Shown one piece after another: positions 1-9,613 of a stretch of DNA of 32,000 bases. The position numbers and the translations under genes are program-made. The DNA is from Mycobacterium tuberculosis H37Rv (GTDB lineage Bacteria; Actinomycetota; Actinomycetes; Mycobacteriales; Mycobacteriaceae). Each line of letters opens with the position of its first letter. The first letter of the stretch is position 1. The stretch covers positions 3,180,001 through 3,212,000 of the forward strand of contig NC_000962.3 in the NCBI RefSeq assembly GCF_000195955.2. The letters run 5' to 3'. Under the pieces are notes generated by a model. The model was not told the origin of the DNA. It saw only the letters and a list, made by a program, of their open reading frames with translations, and searched no databases.

Positions 1-531
1 AAGCGAAGCCTCCCACAGCGCCGACTCAACCAGCGCCTCGGGCGTGGCTTTGCCATACTTCTCCATGAACCGTTTGTCCAGCGAACCGGCGTTGACACCG
101 ATTCGGATCGGGATCCCGGCCGCACCCGCCGCCTTGGCGACCTCACCCACCCGGCCGTCAAACTCCTTGATGTTGCCCGGGTTGACCCGCACCGCGGCAC
201 ATCCAGCGTCGATGGCGGCGAATATGTAGCGCGGCTGGAAATGTATGTCCGCGACTACCGGGATCTGGCTGTGCCGGGCGATCTCGGCCAGCGCGTCGGC
301 GTCCTCCTGGCGCGGGCAGGCCACCCGCACGATGTCGCATCCGGCCGCGGTCAGCTCGGCGATTTGTTGCAATGTCGAGTTGACGTCGTGGGTTTTGGTG
401 GTGCACATCGATTGCACCGAGACCGGATGGTCACTGCCCACGCCGACGTTGCCGACCATCAGCTGACGGGTGGCGCGCCGGGGAGCGAGCGTGGGTGCCG
501 GGGGCTGCGGCATGCCCAAGCCTACAGTCAC
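1..531 (-). CDS. ispG: 4-hydroxy-3-methylbut-2-enyl diphosphate synthase (IspG/GcpE), N-terminal part; the 3' end lies outside the window
   Basis: Reverse-strand translation from a GTG at 531 reads [98 protein letters not shown]..., open to the window edge. Confidence 0.95.
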   Translation of the reverse strand, partial: MTVGLGMPQPPAPTLAPRRATRQLMVGNVGVGSDHPVSVQSMCTTKTHDVNSTLQQIAELTAAGCDIVRVACPRQEDADALAEIARHSQIPVVADIHFQPRYIFAAIDAGCAAVRVNPGNIKEFDGRVGEVAKAAGAAGIPIRIGVNAGSLDKRFMEKYGKATPEALVESALWEASL

Positions 532-547
532 TGAAAATCCTTTCTAC

Positions 548-1762
548 CTACTGGAAAAGCCTAATCGGGTTGACCAGGTCGGCGGTGACGGTCAAGAGCA
601 TGTACCCGACGACAAGAACCAAGACCACATAGGTCGCCGGCAAGAGTTTGAGGTAATTCACCGGTGCGGCCGCCACCTTGCCACGAGCCGACCGGACCAT
701 GTTGCGGATCCTCTCGAACACCGCGACGGCAATATGGCCGCCATCGAACGGCAGCAACGGCAGCAGGTTGATCGCAGCCAGGATGAGGTTCAGCTGGGCC
801 AAGAAGAACCAGAACGCCACCCACAGCCCATGGTCGACGGTGTCGCCGCCGATGATGCTGGCGCCCACCACACTTATCGGCGTCTGCGGGTCACGCTGCC
901 CGCCGCCGATCGCCCGCACCAGCGCACCTACCTTGGTCGGGAGGGCGGCCAGCGCCTTGCCCACCTCCACGGTCAGGTCGCCGGTGACCGCGAATGTGGC
1001 CGGCATGGCGGAGAACACGCCGTAGCGCACAGGCCCGACCCGGGCGGCGCCCACCCCAATCGCACCGACCGTTGCCGGCTGGAGCTCACCGCCCTGCCCG
1101 TTAGGGATCCAGCGTTGGGTGGATTCGATGTCCACGTAGGTAACAATCGCGGTGCCGTCACGCTCGACAACGATCGGGACGCTGCCGTGTGACTTGCGCA
1201 CCGCGGCGGCCATCTCGTCGAAACTGGACACCGGGGTGTCACCGACCTTGACCACGACGTCACCGGAGCGAATTCCGGCCAGCGCCGCCGGACCGGGCCC
1301 GGTGCACTGCTCGAGCTTGCCCTGGCTCACTTCCTGTGCAACGCAGCCAGTTTCGCCGATTACGGCCCTGGTTGGCGGATGCAGGTTAGGCAGCCCCCAG
1401 ACCAGCGCGATGGCATAGATCAGCACCAGGCAGATAGCGAGGTTCATTCCGGGCCCGGCGAATAACACTGCGACCCGCTTCCAGGTGGCCTGCTTGTACA
1501 TCGCACGGTCACGTTCGTCGGGGTCGAGTTCCTCGACCGGGGTCATGCCGGCGATGTCACAGAAGCCGCCCAGCGGAACGGCTTTGACACCGTATTCGGT
1601 CTCGCCGCGCCGGGTCGACCACAACGTGGGGCCAAAGCCGACGAAATAGCGACGTACCTTCATCCCGGTGCGGCGCGCGACCCACATGTGACCACATTCG
1701 TGCAGGGCCACCGAAATCAGGATCGCGAGCGCGAACAGCACAATGCCGGTAACAAACATCAT
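548..1762 (-). CDS. rip1: Site-2 intramembrane zinc metalloprotease (Rip1/RseP family), HEXXH + PDZ
   Basis: 404-aa ORF with HECGH near the N-terminus, a PDZ segment ([22 protein letters not shown]) and a C-terminal [12 protein letters not shown] motif. Confidence 0.95.
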
Positions 1763-1769
1763 CGAGGTG

Positions 1770-3011
1770 TCAGGACCTTTCTAACGTCGATGCGTGTCGA
1801 CCCGCTGCGCCCGGCTTCGCCGTGCTTGCGATCGCCACCGAAGCCATACCAGATACCGCGCGCTGCGCTCGCTCGCGGGCCCAGCGCTGCGCGTCGAGTA
1901 CGTCATCCACGGTAGCGGGTTCGACGGCCCATTGGTCGGCAGCGTGCAACACGTCGGCGATGATGCCGACGATGGCCGGGAAGCCGATCCGGCCAGCAAG
2001 GAACGCCGCTGCTGCTTCTTCGTTCGCCGCATTGTAAACCGCGGTCATGCAGCCACCGGCTACGCCGGCCTGCCGGGCCAACTCGACCGCGGGGAAGACG
2101 TCGGTGTCCAACGGCTCGAACTCCCAGCTCGACGCGGTATGGAAATCACAGGCAGCAGCGGCGCCGCTGACCCGACGCGGCCAGCCCAGCGCTAACGAAA
2201 TCGGTAGCTTCATGTCCGGGGGACTGGCCTGGGCGATCGTCGAACCGTCGATGAAGGTGACCATCGAATGGATGATCGACTGGGGGTGCACCACGACATC
2301 GATGCGGTCGTAGGGGATGCCGAACAGCAGGTGGGTTTCGATGACCTCAAGTCCCTTGTTGACCAGCGACGCCGAATTCAGCGTGTTCATCGGGCCCATC
2401 GACCACGTAGGATGCGCGCCAGCCTGCTCGGGGGTGACATGCTCGAGGTCGGCCGCGGACCAGCCCCGAAACGGCCCTCCCGAGGCCGTCAGCACCAGCT
2501 TGGCGACCTCGTCGGGAGTGCCGCCGCGCAGGCACTGGGCCAGCGCGGAGTGTTCGGAGTCGACCGGCACGATCTGACCGGGCCGCGCCGCCCGCAGCAC
2601 CAGCGAACCACCGGCGACCAGCGATTCCTTGTTGGCCAGCGCCAGCCGGGCACCCGTCTTGAGCGCGGCCAACGTCGGTCGCAGGCCCAACGCGCCGACC
2701 AGCGCATTGAGGACGACGTCGGCCTCGGTCTGCTCGACCAGCCGGGTGGCGGCGTCGGATCCGTGGTAGGGGATGTCGCCGACCCGCTGCGCCGCGTGCT
2801 CGTCAGCGACGGCAATATTGGTCACCCCGGTCTGCGCACGTTGTCGCAGCAACGTGTCCAGATGGGCGCCGCCAGCGGCCAGCCCGACTACCTCGAAACG
2901 GTCCGGATTGTCGGCGATGACCTGAAGCGCCTGGGTGCCGATCGAGCCGGTACTGCCCAGCACCACCACCCGCAACCGGCCGTCAGCGCGCCCGTCGGTC
3001 GAGTTGGTCAC
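1770..3011 (-). CDS. dxr: 1-deoxy-D-xylulose 5-phosphate reductoisomerase
   Basis: [34 protein letters not shown] and [19 protein letters not shown] motifs; likely GTG start at 3011 inside the 1770..3080 ORF. Confidence 0.95.
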
Positions 3012-3137
3012 CTCATCATTGTGCGCCACCACCTCGTTGTCACCGCGCCGCCGGATCACGACGCGTCCACCGGTAGCCACACTTCCCCGTGGAATGCAAT
3101 CGTCTTGATGCCTGCGCTTGATGCTAAGATGCCATGC

Positions 3138-3395
3138 GTGCGCACGACGATCCGTATCGATGACGAGCTGTACCGCGAGGTGAAAGCAAAGGCCGCTCGT
3201 TCCGGGCGTACCGTGGCCGCGGTTCTTGAAGATGCGGTGCGGCGTGGTCTCAACCCGCCTAAGCCGCAGGCCGCCGGCCGTTATCGAGTCCAGCCGTCGG
3301 GTAAGGGCGGCCTGCGGCCCGGTGTCGATCTATCGTCCAACGCCGCACTTGCCGAAGCGATGAACGACGGCGTGTCGGTCGATGCTGTGCGTTGA
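3138..3395 (+). CDS. vapB43: VapB-family antitoxin (VapB43)
   Basis: [37 protein letters not shown] ribbon-helix-helix signature; start at GTG 3138 (or ATG 3129); overlaps the start of a PIN-domain ORF. Confidence 0.85.
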   Translation: MRTTIRIDDELYREVKAKAARSGRTVAAVLEDAVRRGLNPPKPQAAGRYRVQPSGKGGLRPGVDLSSNAALAEAMNDGVSVDAVR

Positions 3396-3825
3396 TGTCA
3401 ACGTGCTCGTTTACGCGCATCGGGCAGACCTACGGGAGCACGCGGACTATCGGGGTTTGCTTGAGCGGCTGGCCAACGATGACGAGCCGCTGGGTCTACC
3501 AGATAGCGTGCTCGCCGGCTTCATCCGGGTGGTTACCAACCGCCGCGTCTTCACCGAGCCGACGAGCCCACAGGACGCATGGCAGGCAGTCGACGCCCTA
3601 CTCGCGGCACCCGCAGCCATGCGACTTCGGCCTGGCGAGCGCCACTGGATGGCCTTTCGGCAGTTAGCGTCCGATGTTGATGCGAACGGCAACGACATTG
3701 CGGACGCGCACCTGGCCGCCTACGCGCTAGAGAACAACGCAACCTGGTTGAGCGCCGACCGCGGCTTTGCCCGTTTCCGTCGACTGCGCTGGCGTCATCC
3801 GTTGGACGGTCAGACCCATCTATAA
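3382..3825 (+). CDS. vapC43: PIN-domain ribonuclease toxin (VapC43)
   Basis: 147-aa ORF with N-terminal [14 protein letters not shown], central acidic residues and C-terminal [29 protein letters not shown]; overlaps vapB. Confidence 0.9.
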   Translation: MLCVDVNVLVYAHRADLREHADYRGLLERLANDDEPLGLPDSVLAGFIRVVTNRRVFTEPTSPQDAWQAVDALLAAPAAMRLRPGERHWMAFRQLASDVDANGNDIADAHLAAYALENNATWLSADRGFARFRRLRWRHPLDGQTHL

Positions 3826-3842
3826 CCGGCCCCACTCCGAAT
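3816..3842 (+). promoter_or_regulatory. Candidate SigK-type promoter upstream of mpt83 (CCATCT-N15-CCGAAT)
   Basis: CCATCT at 3816-3821, 15-nt spacer, CCGAAT at 3837-3842; same layout as the element upstream of mpt70. Confidence 0.65.
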
Positions 3843-3904
3843 CACTGGTGTCCACCCAGGAGGACGGCGTTCAACGCCGCCGCAGAAGCAAAGGAATCGA
3901 AGCG

Positions 3905-4567
3905 ATGATCAACGTTCAGGCCAAACCGGCCGCAGCAGCGAGCCTCGCAGCCATCGCGATTGCGTTCTTAGCGGGTTGTTCGAGCACCAAACCCGTGTCG
4001 CAAGACACCAGCCCGAAACCGGCGACCAGCCCGGCGGCGCCCGTTACCACGGCGGCAATGGCTGACCCCGCAGCGGACCTGATTGGTCGTGGGTGCGCGC
4101 AATACGCGGCGCAAAATCCCACCGGTCCCGGATCGGTGGCCGGAATGGCGCAAGACCCGGTCGCTACCGCGGCTTCCAACAACCCGATGCTCAGTACCCT
4201 GACCTCGGCTCTGTCGGGCAAGCTGAACCCGGATGTGAATCTGGTCGACACCCTCAACGGCGGCGAGTACACCGTTTTCGCCCCCACCAACGCCGCATTC
4301 GACAAGCTGCCGGCGGCCACTATCGATCAACTCAAGACTGACGCCAAGCTGCTCAGCAGCATCCTGACCTACCACGTGATAGCCGGCCAGGCGAGTCCGA
4401 GCAGGATCGACGGCACCCATCAGACCCTGCAAGGTGCCGACCTGACGGTGATAGGCGCCCGCGACGACCTCATGGTCAACAACGCCGGTTTGGTATGTGG
4501 CGGAGTTCACACCGCCAACGCGACGGTGTACATGATCGATACGGTGCTGATGCCCCCGGCACAGTAA
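3905..4567 (+). CDS. mpt83: Cell-surface lipoprotein antigen MPT83, fasciclin (FAS1) domain
   Basis: Lipobox LAGC in the signal peptide ([27 protein letters not shown]) followed by a fasciclin domain ([22 protein letters not shown]...ILTYHVIAG). Confidence 0.95.
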   Translation: MINVQAKPAAAASLAAIAIAFLAGCSSTKPVSQDTSPKPATSPAAPVTTAAMADPAADLIGRGCAQYAAQNPTGPGSVAGMAQDPVATAASNNPMLSTLTSALSGKLNPDVNLVDTLNGGEYTVFAPTNAAFDKLPAATIDQLKTDAKLLSSILTYHVIAGQASPSRIDGTHQTLQGADLTVIGARDDLMVNNAGLVCGGVHTANATVYMIDTVLMPPAQ

Positions 4568-4704
4568 CGTTCGGCGCGGTCAAGGCGAGGCAGCCCGTGT
4601 AGGCGGTTTGCCTCGCTCATCCGGCGGCTTCGTGCCGATAGATCACGTGATATCCCAAGCGCATGACGGTGACACCGCGCCCAGCGCAAGCCGATCCCCG
4701 CAGC

Positions 4705-4854
4705 ATGCCTGCTGAAGTCGCGTCTCGCGAACTGCGCAACAACACCGCCGGGCTGCTACGGCGCGTGCAGGCCGGCGAAGACATCACCATCACTGCCAAC
4801 GGCAAACCCGTTGCGCTGCTGACCGCAGGCAGCCCGCACGGCGCCGATGGTTGA
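4705..4854 (+). CDS. Small Phd/YefM-like (VapB-type) antitoxin ORF
   Basis: [49 protein letters not shown] matches the Phd/YefM-type antitoxin pattern; longest ORF begins at 4663, internal ATG at 4705. Confidence 0.6.
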
Positions 4855-6934
4855 GTCGAGACGAGCTGCTGCGGCGGCTTCGGCATACGCAAGCAGATGC
4901 GGGATTGCACCCGCGACCTCGCAACGCTCACTGGCGACACCACCGACGATCTCGGTCCCGTCCGGTGAGGGCCGCTGCCGTTGCCACGTCGCAAGGGGTG
5001 CCGGTCGTGACCCACGACGGCGACTTCGACGCCGTCGATGGTGTGGCCGATGTGGCTATCATTCGCATCTGACGGGTGGCGAGTTCGACGTGAACCGACT
5101 CTGTCAACAGCGCTCGCGTGAGCGGTCCTGCCAACTCGTTGCCGTCCCGGCAGATCCAAGACCTAAACGGCAACGAATAACCGATGTGTTGACCCTCGCA
5201 CTAGTCGGCTTCCTCGGCGGCCTCATCACCGGAATATCACCATGCATTCTGCCGGTCCTGCCAGTAATCTTCTTCTCCGGCGCGCAGAGCGTCGATGCAG
5301 CGCAGGTGGCGAAACCCGAAGGCGCCGTAGCAGTCCGGCGCAAACGTGCGCTATCAGCGACATTGCGGCCCTACCGGGTGATCGGTGGTCTGGTGCTCAG
5401 TTTCGGCATGGTCACCCTGCTCGGCTCGGCATTGCTGTCAGTGCTGCATCTACCGCAGGACGCCATCCGCTGGGCCGCACTGGTCGCCTTGGTGGCAATC
5501 GGCGCCGGCCTCATTTTCCCGCGGTTTGAACAACTTCTGGAAAAACCGTTCTCCCGTATTCCGCAGAAGCAAATCGTCACTCGCAGCAACGGTTTCGGGC
5601 TGGGTCTAGCCCTGGGCGTGTTGTATGTCCCCTGCGCCGGCCCGATTCTAGCTGCGATCGTCGTGGCCGGGGCTACTGCCACCATCGGGTTGGGAACCGT
5701 CGTGCTCACCGCGACATTCGCACTCGGAGCCGCGTTGCCGTTGTTGTTCTTCGCCCTCGCCGGCCAACGGATAGCTGAGCGGGTGGGCGCTTTTCGGCGC
5801 CGCCAGCGTGAGATCAGGATCGCCACCGGTTCCGTGACGATCCTGCTGGCGGTGGCGTTGGTGTTCGATCTGCCGGCCGCGCTGCAGCGGGCTATTCCTG
5901 ACTACACCGCATCGCTGCAGCAGCAGATCAGCACCGGCACGGAGATACGGGAACAACTGAACCTTGGCGGCATCGTCAACGCCCAGAACGCACAGCTGTC
6001 GAATTGCAGCGACGGGGCCGCACAACTCGAAAGCTGCGGCACTGCACCAGATCTCAAAGGCATCACCGGCTGGCTCAACACGCCCGGCAACAAGCCGATC
6101 GACCTGAAATCATTGCGTGGCAAGGTGGTGCTGATTGACTTTTGGGCCTACTCCTGCATTAACTGCCAACGGGCCATCCCCCACGTCGTCGGTTGGTATC
6201 AGGCCTACAAAGACAGTGGTTTGGCGGTCATCGGCGTGCACACCCCCGAGTACGCTTTCGAGAAGGTCCCGGGCAACGTCGCCAAAGGCGCGGCCAATCT
6301 GGGCATCAGCTATCCGATTGCGCTCGACAACAACTACGCCACTTGGACCAACTACCGGAATCGCTATTGGCCCGCCGAGTATCTGATCGACGCTACCGGG
6401 ACGGTGCGGCACATCAAGTTCGGAGAAGGCGATTACAACGTCACCGAGACGTTGGTCAGGCAGTTGCTCAACGATGCCAAGCCCGGCGTCAAACTCCCCC
6501 AGCCCAGCAGCACCACCACGCCCGACCTTACCCCGCGGGCCGCACTTACTCCCGAGACGTACTTCGGAGTCGGCAAGGTGGTCAACTACGGCGGCGGCGG
6601 CGCATATGACGAAGGGTCGGCCGTGTTTGACTACCCGCCCAGTTTGGCAGCCAACAGCTTTGCACTGCGCGGCCGGTGGGCGCTGGACTATCAGGGTGCC
6701 ACGTCCGACGGCAACGACGCCGCTATCAAATTGAATTACCACGCCAAAGACGTCTACATCGTTGTCGGTGGCACCGGCACCCTCACGGTCGTGAGGGACG
6801 GAAAGCCAGCCACACTACCGATCAGCGGGCCGCCGACCACCCATCAGGTGGTCGCCGGCTATCGGCTGGCGTCCGAAACACTTGAGGTGCGGCCCAGCAA
6901 GGGGCTACAGGTTTTTTCCTTCACCTACGGATGA
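4847..6934 (+). CDS. dipZ: Integral membrane CcdA-type transporter fused to a thioredoxin-like domain (DipZ); the true start is probably well downstream of 4847 (candidate GTG at 5186)
   Basis: [17 protein letters not shown] (CcdA-type), several hydrophobic helices, a thioredoxin-like [15 protein letters not shown] motif and a C-terminal beta-rich domain. The first ~110 residues of the long ORF are Arg/Ala-rich and overlap a toxin remnant. Confidence 0.9.
4851..5072 (+). pseudogene. Decayed/truncated PIN-domain (VapC-like) toxin remnant downstream of the antitoxin ORF
   Basis: Ends with [33 protein letters not shown], typical of a VapC C-terminus, but the catalytic N-terminal portion is missing and the ORF is only 73 aa. 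Confidence 0.55.
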
Positions 6935-6938
6935 ATAT

Positions 6939-6965
6939 CCATCCAAGACCCGGACGGCTCCGAAG
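6939..6965 (+). promoter_or_regulatory. Candidate SigK-type promoter upstream of mpt70 (CCATCC-N15-CCGAAG)
   Basis: CCATCC at 6939-6944, 15-nt spacer, CCGAAG at 6960-6965, about 65 nt before the mpt70 ATG. Confidence 0.7.
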
Positions 6966-7029
6966 AAATCATGTCGGGGGTAGCGAGACGGCACAAGCCG
7001 CCGTCTCCGGCAGCGAAGGAGTGAACGGC

Positions 7030-7611
7030 ATGAAGGTAAAGAACACAATTGCGGCAACCAGTTTCGCGGCGGCCGGCCTGGCGGCTCTGGCGGTGGCTGT
7101 CTCACCGCCGGCGGCCGCAGGCGATCTGGTGGGCCCGGGCTGCGCGGAATACGCGGCAGCCAATCCCACTGGGCCGGCCTCGGTGCAGGGAATGTCGCAG
7201 GACCCGGTCGCGGTGGCGGCCTCGAACAATCCGGAGTTGACAACGCTGACGGCTGCACTGTCGGGCCAGCTCAATCCGCAAGTAAACCTGGTGGACACCC
7301 TCAACAGCGGTCAGTACACGGTGTTCGCACCGACCAACGCGGCATTTAGCAAGCTGCCGGCATCCACGATCGACGAGCTCAAGACCAATTCGTCACTGCT
7401 GACCAGCATCCTGACCTACCACGTAGTGGCCGGCCAAACCAGCCCGGCCAACGTCGTCGGCACCCGTCAGACCCTCCAGGGCGCCAGCGTGACGGTGACC
7501 GGTCAGGGTAACAGCCTCAAGGTCGGTAACGCCGACGTCGTCTGTGGTGGGGTGTCTACCGCCAACGCGACGGTGTACATGATTGACAGCGTGCTAATGC
7601 CTCCGGCGTAA
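7030..7611 (+). CDS. mpt70: Major secreted antigen MPT70, fasciclin domain
   Basis: [48 protein letters not shown]...; signal peptide plus FAS1 domain, paralogous to mpt83. Confidence 0.95.
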   Translation: MKVKNTIAATSFAAAGLAALAVAVSPPAAAGDLVGPGCAEYAAANPTGPASVQGMSQDPVAVAASNNPELTTLTAALSGQLNPQVNLVDTLNSGQYTVFAPTNAAFSKLPASTIDELKTNSSLLTSILTYHVVAGQTSPANVVGTRQTLQGASVTVTGQGNSLKVGNADVVCGGVSTANATVYMIDSVLMPPA

Positions 7612-7662
7612 TCGTCCGCGGAGGCCGCCGACCCGCCCGAGAGCGACTGAGCATGTGCCAGA

Positions 7663-7977
7663 ATGTTCGGGCAGTGGGAGTTCGACGTCAGTCCAACCGG
7701 AGGAATCGCCGTGGCAAGTACCGAGGTGGAGCACTTCGCCGGCTCGCAACATGAGGTCGACACCGCCGAGGTTCCATCTGCAGCGTGGGGGTGGAGCCGG
7801 ATCGATCACCGCACCTGGCACATCGTCGGCCTGTGCATCTTCGGCTTCCTGCTGGCGATGCTGCGGGGCAACCACGTCGGCCACGTCGAGGACTGGTTCC
7901 TGATCACGTTTGCCGCAGTCGTGCTGTTCGTCTTGGCGCGCGACTTGTGGGGCCGACGACGCGGCTGGATCAGATAG
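7663..7977 (+). CDS. Small conserved membrane protein (Rv2876-like)
   Basis: 104-aa ORF with hydrophobic segments [14 protein letters not shown] and [19 protein letters not shown]. Confidence 0.8.
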   Translation: MFGQWEFDVSPTGGIAVASTEVEHFAGSQHEVDTAEVPSAAWGWSRIDHRTWHIVGLCIFGFLLAMLRGNHVGHVEDWFLITFAAVVLFVLARDLWGRRRGWIR

Positions 7978-7980
7978 CCA

Positions 7981-7998
7981 GCACACCGTTCGGTGTGC
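7981..7998. terminator. Candidate intrinsic hairpin between convergent genes, no U-tract
   Basis: Perfect palindrome GCACACCGTTCGGTGTGC lying between the convergent stops at 7977 and 8008. Confidence 0.5.
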
Positions 7999-8007
7999 CC
8001 GACCCGG

Positions 8008-8871
8008 TCAGCGCCGCACCCGCCGAAACCAGGTACCGGCGAAGGCACCGACCACCAGCACAACCAGCAACACCGCCCAAGGCCATGCACCGTGCTGGTT
8101 AACCCAGCCAGCCAGGGCACCTTGCAGGCGGCCGGCCGCGGCAATCACCGCATCCTGGGGATTCGCCCCGACACCGGCAATCAGGCGCAGCTCGTAGAGA
8201 CCGTAGTAACCCACGTACAGCCCGACCACCACCAGCAGCGCGCCACTGATCCGGTTGACGAACGGCAAGATTCGCCGTAGGCGGTCGGCCAGCGCCGAGC
8301 TCGCGGTCGCGGCCGCGACGGCAAGCACGCCGACAACGAGGGTCAGGCCCGCGACATAAGCCAGATAGATCGCTACGCTCCCGACGACCGAACCGCCCCG
8401 CAGGCCTGCCCCGGTAACCGCGAGAAACGGCCCGATGGTGCATGACAGCGAAGCAACCGCATAGCTGATGCCGTAGCCATACATGGAACCCAGCCGTACC
8501 GTTGGAGCCCAACGCACGCCGAGGGATCGGGGCGTCAACGCCGTCAGCCCTCGTCCCAACAGCAGCCACCCGCCGAGGGCGATGAGCGCCAGACCGATCA
8601 GCACCGTGGCATAGGGCAGGTATCGCTGCACCGCCGTGGCCGCGGAAATGGTCAGGGCTCCGAAGATGCCGAACACCGTCAAGAAGCCCAGCGCCATCCC
8701 GACCGTGGCGGCTGCCGCTCGGCCCACTGCGCTAAGCGGCCCCGTCCGGCCCGCCGAATCCTGCCCATACACCACCAACAGCAGGTAGGCCGGCAACATG
8801 GCAAACCCGCATGGGTTCAGCGCAGCCACCAACCCGGCGGCGAACGCCAAACCGATCAGCGCCTCGTTCAC
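8008..8871 (-). CDS. CcdA/DsbD-family transmembrane thiol-disulfide exchange protein
   Basis: AALNPCGFAMLPAYLLL near the N-terminus, second conserved Cys in VASLSCTIGPFLAV, six or more TM segments; immediately downstream of mpt53. Confidence 0.85.
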   Translation of the reverse strand: MNEALIGLAFAAGLVAALNPCGFAMLPAYLLLVVYGQDSAGRTGPLSAVGRAAAATVGMALGFLTVFGIFGALTISAATAVQRYLPYATVLIGLALIALGGWLLLGRGLTALTPRSLGVRWAPTVRLGSMYGYGISYAVASLSCTIGPFLAVTGAGLRGGSVVGSVAIYLAYVAGLTLVVGVLAVAAATASSALADRLRRILPFVNRISGALLVVVGLYVGYYGLYELRLIAGVGANPQDAVIAAAGRLQGALAGWVNQHGAWPWAVLLVVLVVGAFAGTWFRRVRR

Positions 8872-8875
8872 CGGG

Positions 8876-9397
8876 TCAGGACGTCAGCGCAGCCACCCGG
8901 CCGGACAGCTCGTCCTGAGACATGGCCGCGGTGGGGTTGTTGACGAACGTCGATGTGCCGTCCGCGCGATAGAACACAAATGCCGGTTGCCAAGGCACGT
9001 TGTAGCGGGCCCAGATCACACCATCGGCGTCATTGAGGTTGGTGAAATTCAGGTTGTACTTCGAGACAAAGCTCTGCATCGCCCCGACGTCGGCGCGGGT
9101 GGCGATTCCGACGAAGGTGACCGCCGGATTAGCGGCCGCTACCTGGCTGAGGCTGGGGGCTTCTGCGTTGCAGAACGGGCACCACGGCGTCCAGAACCAC
9201 AACACCGCCGGCTTGCCTTGCAGGCTTGCGCCATCGAAGGGAGCACCGCTGAGCGTGGTTGCGGTGAACTGCAGACGTTCATCGGCTGCCACCGCTCGCG
9301 GTGTATTGGCCAGACCGAACATCAGGACAACCGCGATAGCAACGGCCACAATGCCGTCCGCAAACGCCTTGATCGGGGACACCAGGCGAAGACTCAT
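8876..9397 (-). CDS. mpt53: Secreted thioredoxin-like protein MPT53 (DsbE-like)
   Basis: Signal peptide, then VLWFWTPWCPFCNAEAPSLSQVAA (WCPFC active site) and VPWQPAFVFYRADG (cis-Pro region). Confidence 0.92.
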   Translation of the reverse strand: MSLRLVSPIKAFADGIVAVAIAVVLMFGLANTPRAVAADERLQFTATTLSGAPFDGASLQGKPAVLWFWTPWCPFCNAEAPSLSQVAAANPAVTFVGIATRADVGAMQSFVSKYNLNFTNLNDADGVIWARYNVPWQPAFVFYRADGTSTFVNNPTAAMSQDELSGRVAALTS

Positions 9398-9483
9398 GAC
9401 AGACCTCACTTGTTCGTGTTTTGACCTAATGACGTAATACGCTCCGTGACGGTTCAGTACATCCCGGCGCCCCCTGCGCTCGC

Positions 9484-9613
9484 GGCCAGCTGTCCGCAGC
9501 GCTGGCTGATTCGCCTGCGCTCCAGCTACCCGCCTACGGCGGCCAGCTGTCCGCAGCGCTGGCTGATTCGCCTGCGCTCTAGCTACCCGCCTACGGCGGC
9601 CAGCTGTCCGCAG
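9484..9613. repeat. 57-bp direct tandem repeat, 2 full copies plus a 16-bp partial third copy
   Basis: GGCCAGCTGTCCGCAGCGCTGGCTGATTCGCCTGCGCTCCAGCTACCCGCCTACGGC at 9484-9540 and again at 9541-9597 with one C/T difference; GGCCAGCTGTCCGCAG at 9598-9613. Confidence 0.95.

Noticed and set aside
470-1192. 240-aa plus-strand ORF antisense to rip1
   Set aside because: Antisense open frame without recognisable family; rip1 motifs on the opposite strand are strong.
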